Shown here one piece after another: positions 51,486-60,573 of a DNA stretch of 60,573 bases. The notes beneath the pieces were generated by a model. That model made no database searches. It saw only the letters and a list, made by a program, of their open reading frames with translations, and had not been told where the DNA came from. The DNA is from Catajapyx aquilonaris. Taxonomy: Eukaryota. Position 1 is the stretch's first letter; each line of letters opens with the position of its first letter. Where the stretch lies: positions 1-60,573 of the forward strand of contig KZ538582.1 of the NCBI GenBank assembly GCA_000934665.2. The letters run 5' to 3'. A program made the translations under genes and the position numbers.

Positions 51486-51609
51486 TGCTGTCTGTTAGCA
51501 ATACATTTTAATTGGATATTAATTTTTTTTTCCAGATTTAATTGGATTTGACTAACCATTGGCAACCGAGCACCGATCACAGTGAAGGAAAATAGTACCG
51601 TGGGATTGC

Positions 51610-51710
51610 GCTTGATGTAAATTGCAATTAATTGCTGTTAATATTTGGTTAGATCGCCATAGCCTAACCAAACCAACCTAACCGAACATTAATAGCAATT
51701 TACATCAAGC
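51610..51710. mobile_element. Foldback element with central aacc/taacc repeats
   Basis: gcttgatgtaaattgc...ttaatatttggttag pairs with ctaaccgaacattaatagcaatttacatcaagc. Confidence 0.65.
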
Positions 51711-53204
51711 ATGGTATTTATGCCGTGAAGTCAATTAATTAATTACGGTAATATTCTGCTTGTTACTGTCAATATAATTTTAATGAAAGTAGGTTAAAAT
51801 CACTAAAAATCAGGTTGGAAAAAATCTAGTGAGAAATGGCCAGACAATTAAATTTGCACTGAATGCGAAATCCAGCTGGATTACCCTTGATATTAATTGA
51901 AATTTAATTTTTGGTTAGTTACTGTCAATATAATTGTAATTGAAGCAGGTTAAAATCAAAATTAAGTTTGCTGACACTTCCCCTGATCAGTATGATTATT
52001 TTATCGTTATAAAATCATAGCCACTAAAAATCAGAAAAATTAGTTCTGCTGATTTAGTTGAAACAAATTATTATTTTACCATTTGTAGTGTTGGGGAAAA
52101 TAAGAAATGACACAGGATGTTAAAGTGTTACTATTATAATTAATTTCGGATGAATTTTACATTGTCAATTTATCAAAGATAGTTGCATGACGTAAATAGC
52201 TCAGATCTGGGTTAACATGGATGAAAATTAAAATTTGGTGCGCGTTTCACATGATTGTACGAGTACGTAAGAAACATAACAAAATTTGTGGATATTTACT
52301 CCAGAAGGACGGACCATTAAATTGAGTACGACATAGGTACTCATATTCCCACACAGTTGCTCCCCCTCCTTTTCTTTTGAACCCGTTAAACTTGTCAAAA
52401 ATAACATAACTGAACGAAACAAAAACGTATGTTTAAAGACAGATCAACAATTAATATTATCTCCACACCAGTTAGATACTCTTTTTTTTTTTTTGGTTTA
52501 AGCTATTATCACTCTTGAGAAAATGTACAACATTTACACTCACAAATATTAAATACTGGGATGCAACATGCAACTCTCCCCCACCCCCCCTACTTCAAAG
52601 AACATGAAGTAAAATTTTCTGCATTATACACTATGTTACACATTAATAGATGCCACAAAATCTGCGTGGCAAATTTTTTTTGCCTAGCCTGAAGGAAATA
52701 ACATTACAAAATGACGAGAACGTTGACCTGTGTTCAGCGGTCGTACAAAGTAACAAACAAGTACGCACAAGTCTTTTTTGCTATGAAAAATTTGTCAATT
52801 TTTACAAAAGTGAGTTTTCACTAATTGAACAATTTTCACTGCTGTCCATATCTGTCTCTGAGAATTTCTTGCATTGGAAAAGTCGCAGGAGTTACGCATC
52901 ATATGCCTGGAAACTCTGTTAATGATTGCGTCCGTTCAAGATCCATCACATCTTCCGCTCAGTGTGCAATTTCAGTGCCAATCGACTTTACAAACCATGC
53001 AAAAACCGCCAAAAAAGAGTGCCAAAACATGAGATTACTGCACTATAAATTTTCCACTTGCGTAGTTGTTTCATCACATGCGAAACACACTCAAATGTAA
53101 TTGAAAAAAAAAGAAATCCAAACATTTTTTGGGGGCATTGTTCTACAGATTCACAAAGAACTACAGAAAGAAGCATACATCCCAAAGGTTTAGCGCATCT
53201 CCTT

Positions 53205-56200
53205 TCAACAGGCGTTCCTGCCCGACTTCTTCCGCTTGCCCACCTTGCCTCTAAGCGGCGGGAGGGGAGGCTTGACGGGAGCTATCACCTCGGTGGTGCC
53301 GTACTCAAAAGTTGGCGGCTTCTCTCTCCCTTTGCGCTTACGACTAGAGCCGTCCGATTCAGATGGGCTCGTGGGCTTGGGTCGGGCTGGAGCCGCCTTC
53401 AGGGATGATGATTTCGCTAGCCCGGTTTTAGACTTGGTCACTTTCATCTCCAAGGGTGTGGAAAGTCCACGGTTCAGTGATTTTCTTGAGGCATTGCGTC
53501 GGGGAAGTCCGTAGTCCTCGCCTGCAGCCTTCACTCCTGGTCCTGCCAGATGCCGCGAGGTCTTCCTCTGGAGGCTGCTGCCGCTGCTGGTGGGAGTGGT
53601 TCCAGGTGGCATCCGAGAAGCCTTTTCCCTGTGGGCCGCCTTCACTCTCGGGGATAATGCTGACGTGTACCACAGGAGGCCAGTTACACCATTCCCAATA
53701 GACGATGAGCTGTGGCCCTTGTAACCCGAGCTGATGATGCTGCCGCACCTTTGGGGGGCATGACAGGTGTCAAATGTGCATGGTGAGTGGGTCATGTGCA
53801 GGGATTAAAGGCAAAGGATTTCTCGGGTCAGGGGATCTGAGCAGGGTGAGTCAAGATTTTGTTCCATGTCGTGCAAGTAACTGGAACTTTGGCGATTGGC
53901 ATACAAAACAAGTTTTGTAAAAAAATGCAATGACGATGGAACTTGACTTGGTTCACCCTCTGCAGTCACGGGATGGCTACGTGATTATTACGAGTGCTAC
54001 CTGGAGTGCATGGGTGTTGACTTGGCGATCTTTGAAGTGGACAGGGACGACGATGCTAACGTGACCTTTGGTCCCTCTGAGGAAGAAAGCACCGGCTTAA
54101 ACCTGCCCTTCCCCGTTACGCTCCTGTGCTGGGGAAACTGCTGGAAAAAGTGCGGAGACATGACGTGCGAGCGCGGGAGTAGTGTCGTAGAGCTTTGGCT
54201 GTCTGAGTCCGAGTCGGTCCTGAAGGACTTCTTGTTACAGCTTTGATTGCGCCGACGCCTGATGGTGGAAGGGACCCTGCGGGGTGAGAGGTTGACACTG
54301 GAAGCGTGAAAATTAGAGCTCGTTTCGCATGACCTGAGTCTTATAACGTACCTGGTGGCCAGCTTGGAGCCGAGTGGCTTGACTTCGCTGGTTCCCGCCT
54401 CGGCTTGCAGACAATTTTTGGTCAGTTTATCCGGCTCAGGGTCGATAATCGCCAAAGGTTTAGTGGCCTCGCCTGTAGTCGAGTCATCTATCACAGACAC
54501 TATCTTCGACACGTTCTGCTTGCTCACAGTCACTGTCAATTCGTCTGATATTACGGACTTTACTGGAGATGGCGGTTGACATGTCTGCAGTATGAGAAAA
54601 AGGGCTAAAAAGTCTAGGGGTAATTTTCCAACATATGAACTCACCGCAACAGGCTGCTCCTTGGTTTTTTTGTTTTTCCTGAACTGCGGACTCTGCACGT
54701 ACTTCTTGAGCCACGCCCTGACATCCACCAGCGACCTCAGCTCCACCGCACTAGACCGCGTGTGCGAGTTGGGCCCGGTCAGGTCGAGGATGGAATAGGC
54801 AAGGCACTTCCCTACGTCCTCAAAGACCTGCGGGGTGAACTTGGGAGGGTAGTGGTAGTGGAGGAACGGGGACGGGTTGTGGCTGGACTCGAAGGCCATG
54901 GGAACGGTGTTGAGGCACCCGCTGGTGTTGTAGTTGCACTCTAATGTGTAGCTGTGAATCAGGTTGGTCAGCTTCAGCATGGCAACACGCCCCGACCCTT
55001 CCTTACTCGCACCGTCACGCTTGTCTCTACGGTGGAGAAACAATCATGAGCACAACAGTATTAAATCAGCATCCACAACCAAACTCACTTGCTGTACATG
55101 TTCTTCTCGCTGAAATTGCAGGCGTGGAAGTCGAATATGGGGCTGTTGAGGGACATGAGCTTGGGCAGCAGCATGCAGTCCACCTGCATGTCGGTGTCTT
55201 GAAAGTTGTTCCCGTACATGAAGATCCCCCGCTTTGAGGCGTGGCCGTGCAGGTCCACGTACAGGAAGAGGTTGGAGCTCTCGTCTATCTCCACCTTCCG
55301 CACCTTCTCTATCCTCTCCTGCTGCGGGGTTTCGGGTCGCACGCAATCCCATGGTTTGCCGTCGCCCTCACCCTTCTCCTCAGGCAATGCTCCCTTGACC
55401 TGGGTTTCTTCTTCAGGGTTGACAGGGTGGGATTCCTCGTCAAAGCTGTACTTGGAGCAATGTGGGAAGTCGCCTCGGGGACAGAACATACCGCACCTGT
55501 CGCACATGATGTCAGGTTCTTCCAGCACTTCCTCCACTTCCGTCTCCACCTCGGTTGGCACGTCATCCCCGGAGCTACTCCCTGTAAAATGAAGAAACGA
55601 TAAGTAATTCAGCCGCCTGATGAACACCCAAGAATGTACCGTGAATGCTCAGCTTATCCGTCGAAGTGTTAGCCTCCTGTTCTGGAGGCGCGTATATGAG
55701 AGAAACTTCCACCTCCGCCCGGTAATGGTAGTAGAGCAGCAAGGATCGCACCGCGTGTATGGTGGGATGTTGGTGCAAGGATGGGTTCAGATAGACCCGG
55801 TTGAGGTTGATTCCCCGGGTGTCGGTCCTGTAGTGCCCCACGCTAACTCCGTCCGGGTTCAGCATCGGGACCAACTTGAACACGTAGGACTTCCTAAGGG
55901 CAGTGGACCGTGGCTCTTTGGGGTCCAGGAGGAAGTTGAGGAATCCGCGCAGGACGAAAGAGGACGGGGTCTCCCCTGGATGGACACGGGCGCTCACAAA
56001 CACCACCTGGAAATCAACACTCACATCGGTTAGCATCAGATTCACCATCTACGCAAAAAGCACACATTAGTCGGACCTTCTTGTTCGGGAATGTCCACGG
56101 CCTGGGCACTTCCACGGCTGGGAACAACCCTTTCAAACGAGGCTCCCTCTTGTCCCCCATCCCGTCCGGGGACGTGATGGTTATGAGGTCCACGTTCCTG

Positions 56201-57358
56201 TTTTCAAGAGAGCGGCACAGACACTCTCGATGGTAGTAGATGGAGTTATTTAAGGGCTGGCAACGCTTGGTGAAACGTTCATCCAGAGAGAGCAGCTCTG
56301 CCTGAAGCTCCAGGTACGAGTACGGGAATGTAAATGCGAAATAAGTGGTGGCCCTGTAGTTCTCTGGTGTCCGGTACATGTAGCTTAGGATGGTGTTACG
56401 TTCATGTAACTGCAAAAGAAAGTGGAAAAATAAATTACAAGCGTCGTGGCCCTTATCACTTTTTAACTCGGTCAATTTTATAGTGTGAAAATATTGCAGA
56501 TTTCTGTGGCAATGACTTCTCGTGATACAAAATTTCATACGACTATCACAAGTTTTTAAGGGAGTCTTACGTGGAATGTGGGCTTTTCTCGTATTCGTTC
56601 CCAGTTCTGCTTCCCTGGCAGGACTCTGAAGACAGGTTGCATACCCATGTTAAACAGCTTTGTCTGACGATTCAAGTTCACCACATTCAGCCGAACGTAC
56701 ACTGACGATGGGCCTGGAAAAATTCATTGCACATTAATTATATTACTATGCAATAAATTCCTGCAGAAGTAAAAGTCAATGCTGGTTTTAATAAAAGAGA
56801 CGTCAACGCTAAAGTGGCCATCAGCATTATTGCAATCAAAAAAACCTTTTTTTAAACCAAAAATGTCCCAGCTGAGATAGACAAATCATTATTAGAATTT
56901 TTACAGAGCAATAAATATCCCTCTGTACATATTTGTCTTATGGGCAATTATCAGGAGAGCAATATTGACTTTCAGATGCAGTAAATTCAATGCACATTTA
57001 CGATGGGAGAAACTGTATTACCAGCCATCCCGAAGTGAAACCAGGATCGATTCCCGTTCTCAAACTCGGTTCCCGCACAGTCAGGCTTAGTCCAGATGTT
57101 GAACTCATACGGAAACATCTCGCTGCCATATTCAAAGCGAGGTGCCGCTCTGTTACCTTCTGTATCTGAAAATGAAGGCATCATGTGCACTCATTCGCAG
57201 TGGTTTTCTAATACGGTACTAATAAGAACTAACCATTTAACTGAAACGCTTTCAATAAAAAAATCTAACATACTTGCAGCATGAGCCGACTGTACATCAG
57301 CCATGTTGCCCGAGTCGAAGTCTGATGTGAACGTAAACCTCTGTATGGTCACTCTCAT
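53205..57358 (-). CDS. AGBL5: Cytosolic carboxypeptidase-like protein 5 (M14D tubulin deglutamylase), about 1024 aa
   Basis: Exons 57358-57274, 57165-57022, 56713-56571, 56409-56077, 56006-55640, 55581-55089, 55026-54645, 54584-54001, 53748-53205 (last acceptor less certain). Motifs [102 protein letters not shown]; zinc ligands and catalytic Glu present. Confidence 0.94.
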
Positions 57359-58049
57359 CTTTACCTCGTCTCTCTTGGGAACAGATGGACACTGAAGTTA
57401 CCTGCAAAGACAATTGATTTAATTGACACTTACCCATTGTTTCCGTCTCCTCTCGAGTCAAACAATTATTAAAACCAACTGCATGATTATTTACCCGCCA
57501 CGCATTGAATGATCAATTGCTATGTTGCACAGCATTTCTACCAAAATCCGCAGTGCATCAAATGTTAGGCTTTTCGTTAACTCCGTAGTAGCAACAAAAA
57601 CAAGTTAAGCGACAATAGGGAACAAACCTCTGGAACTAATTGTGAGCGTGCGTGTATGTGTTTGCGGGGCAAGAGAAGCAGAAACGGCTACTGCCGAACC
57701 TGTTCTATGCAAAGGTGACAGTGCAACGGTCCTTTTCTTTTGACATCTGAACACGGTACACATGAGCCACCATTTCTCCTTTCTTCACTTGAATGGATAC
57801 AAAAATTGACTGCGCATAACATGTTTCCACGGTTTCATACAAAGTCATGCTGACAGAGCTTGAAGGCAGCAGCAGCCCAGACCCAACTTACGTGCGGAAA
57901 AGGGTGATCCGTGATCTAGTGTCACCCAAGGTGTCACCAATCCCTCGTTCTGTCCATCACTAACTCGATTTCGAACACGTCGGTAGTACGTGATTCGGTA
58001 TGTGTCGTCTGCTCCAGCCCTACCGATGAACGTGTCTGGGTCCGACCCA

Positions 58050-58260
58050 CCCCAGGGCGGCCCAGGAGCTGCCCCACATTGTGTCGAATCGTTTCACCCT
58101 TATTGGGAACTGGGGGCTGTCAAAGGGGCGGTGTGCCCCAAGGGCGAAACCACGGGCGGAGGGGAAACAGATGACGAGCTGGGGGCGCGGCGATTAGTGT
58201 GGCGATTGGCCGGCAGATGGCGGGGAAAGCGGAAAATCGAATAAAGGCGCGGGGGAATAA
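58050..58260. promoter_or_regulatory. GC/CpG-rich promoter-like island upstream of AGBL5
   Basis: GC boxes (ggggcgg, gggcgga), ATTGG (CCAAT) at about 58205, sharp GC rise. The AGBL5 ATG exon starts at an acceptor (57402-57404) and a minus-strand donor gtaagt lies at 57891. Confidence 0.5.
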
Positions 58261-59431
58261 ATTATTAGAATTTGTAAATATTTTATCAATAAATATTGAA
58301 TTTGTGGACGTGCCGTCGAGGACGGGTTCAGACATGAGGATATCCAGGTCGCTTTCTTCTATTGTTGCCACTGTTTACAGGGAGTGATGATGGGCGACCC
58401 TCCACATGATGATGTCTGACCACGCCCTCGACGACGTCGTTGCCAGGTAGCGCCAACCGTTGCGTACGTAGGGTAGGCTACATGCAATTATGTCCGGTAG
58501 ACGGTAGTGTACATCATGTATAATGCCTTCCACGTACTTGACAGCAATACTTGAAGCCTGTTTTCCACGTTTGACCCTGAGGAACAATTCGTGGTCAATA
58601 ATATTGCGAGCAAATTGGCAGTGTGGACATTTCAAGGGCAACTCCCATATCCTCGGCCCTCGGAAAAGGTTATGCGTAACTTGGTGATTACGCAATGTAT
58701 TTCACCATATACCGACGTTGCAATTTTGGCAATTTTGGAGGCTTCGAAATTTGCAGTATTTCACTTAAACAGTTGCAATATTGCACGGTGTCACATATAG
58801 TGTAAATACTCGTAGATAGAATTCAACATGTATGAATTTTATTGGTTTGATGTGATTTGGACTTCAAACTTACCTGGTCCGATGAAGTCGTCATTTTCGG
58901 TGTGCGCTTCAAAGGTATAAGCTTGTGGATGCAAGACACTTCCCCCAAGAAACGTTGATATATCCAAAGTATGTAGATATAAGGGCTTGCAAACTTTTTC
59001 TGAGGCGATAAACATTCATTACCAGTCAAACTGCTTATGCGATATTTATTGTGCTTTAAAAGAATTACATGCCGTATATGCTGCATGCTGCAACTGGGAG
59101 TGAGGACGTGCATTTTTCATGTCGCTCGGACTTTTCTCGTTAGGATAGTTATGATGAGTAAGACGTACAGGAGTACCAAAACGTGTCATAAATAGAGCTT
59201 AAAATCCCAGTAAAGATCATTTCTGCAACGGTTTTGGATTTCTAAATAAATATTGCTCATATTCTTTAAAGCAGCGCCTGGGAGGCGGGGGGGGGNNNGG
59301 GGGGGATGACATTTCTCATTTTTTCCCCACCCCCTCGCGTGATTATTGGTCAATTTCTTTTTTTTTACGTTACCCCGTGATAGGGCCATAGGCCCTTATA
59401 GGGGGGTGGAGTACCACCACTTTTCCTTCAA

Positions 59432-59702
59432 TTTTCTCATTATTTTCTTCTAACACCGGTGCAAGGATGAAAGGACAAGAGGTAAGGATAGGGATTTTCG
59501 GGGAGGGAACATGGGTGCAAGTGCACGTCTGAAAACGGGTCATGTGCTGCTCCCCAGGAGGTTAGGTTGCCAGACACCTCCTTGGTGCAGGTCAGAGACC
59601 CTCCTGACGCAGGTGAAAGGAAAGTTCCCCAGGCGGGGATCGAACCTGGGGCCTTTCACTCAGCAAGCCGTGACGTTACCATCACGGCCACCACACCCCC
59701 CC
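59432..59702 (-). mobile_element. tRNA-derived SINE
   Basis: Minus strand: GGGGGTGTGGTGGCCGTGATGG (A box) ... GGTTCGATCCC (B box); acceptor stem does not pair; about 190-nt body then an A-rich tail (gaagaaaataatgagaaaa). Confidence 0.7.
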
Positions 59703-60573
59703 AATAATTATTATTGGTCAATCTCTATAACTAACAAAGTGAGATCGATAGCGCTTCAAAACCCAGTAAAGTTCATATCCATAACTGTTTTCGTTTTCAA
59801 ATGAGAAGCACTTTGGTCAAAAAATAGGGTCTGTGGGGATGTCGTTCGTCTTTTGTTTTCTCGCCCACCCGTCGTGCTTTTTGCGTCGTCTGCATACCTT
59901 GACAAATGTACATCGACAGAGCTTCTAAACCTATAGTATCAAGGTCTTCGTTGTAACTTTTCCAGTTTTCGAATAAAACAGACGCGACGAAGTCGGTTCG
60001 ACAAGCCATCGCTTGCAAACCATAACTAACACATGTATGAATTTTTTTGTATAATGAGCTAACCATGTACTTGTTATATGTACTTTAAAAAATAAGGAGG
60101 ATGTTTTTTGTGGTTATCAAATTTAAAATCATTTGTATTACACAGGGTGACAAGCAGTGAATGAAATACATAATTCCTGCCTCTTTTTTCGGAACCAATG
60201 TGCAAATTTCACAAAATTTAAGAAAACTTGAAAAATCTTGATACCGAAAAAAAAAAACAATACCACCGTTGGAATTGATTTCTCACACCAAACTTAATAA
60301 ATAAACGTCAAAATATCCTTCCAGGTCAACAAAAAAAAAGTCCACAAATTTGTCAGGCAATTTTTTTTACCAACAATGTTCATTCCCTTTTGACGGTATT
60401 AGTACACTTTGCCGGTTATCATTTGAGAAAAGGTGGGCCTGGCAGTGTCCGGGCTTCTTGGAGTGAATTCAGATTTCACGGCCTCTTTTTAATTGCAAGT
60501 TTATTAGTTGCTTGACCAGCTGCAATTAAAACATGTCGCAATACCAAGTGCATATGTCTCATACAGATAAAAG

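Noticed and set aside
53796..53880. Stop-codon readthrough in AGBL5 (TAA followed by about 200 in-frame codons)
   Set aside because: TAA-T is a poor readthrough context, and a downstream phase-compatible acceptor at 53748 explains the long ORF more simply.
53058..56033. Plus-strand ORFs over AGBL5
   Set aside because: Antisense shadows of the AGBL5 exons.
59625..59702. Functional tRNA-Ala gene
   Set aside because: The acceptor stem cannot pair and the sequence continues into a SINE-like body and tail.
1..60573. Prokaryotic-type systems (operons, CRISPR, defence islands)
   Set aside because: All real coding sequence is split by spliceosomal introns and encodes animal proteins; no repeat-spacer arrays.

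Overview
AT-rich, intron-containing animal DNA, arthropod-like by gene content; no prokaryotic features. (1) A complete uninflatable (uif) orthologue on +, rebuilt by hand as 47 GT-AG coding exons (16643-44885; 10653 nt, about 3550 aa, open frame throughout): signal peptide, C-type lectin, LDLa, 3 CUB, sushi, EGF, 2 FA58C, HYR, Cys-rich, LamG/pentraxin, TM and conserved tail. (2) A 3-exon GPI-type Ly6/three-finger gene resembling boudin on - (47619-51092), tail-to-tail with uif. (3) Cytosolic carboxypeptidase 5 (AGBL5/CCP5) on - (53205-57358). (4) The 5' part of an unidentified minus-strand gene (2969-4087) rich in Tyr/Ser signalling motifs. Introns and intergenic DNA carry several foldback MITEs (one piggyBac-type with TTAA TSD), a tRNA-derived SINE, Helentron-like fragments and minisatellites. 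Best leads: hidden alternative exons in the unusually long 3' introns of uif (a 66-nt exon that duplicates the convertase-site segment, a stop-containing exon after the TM, an alternative C-terminus) and Grainy head-type motif clusters around two adjacent epithelial-barrier genes. I see no evidence for a wholly new biological system.
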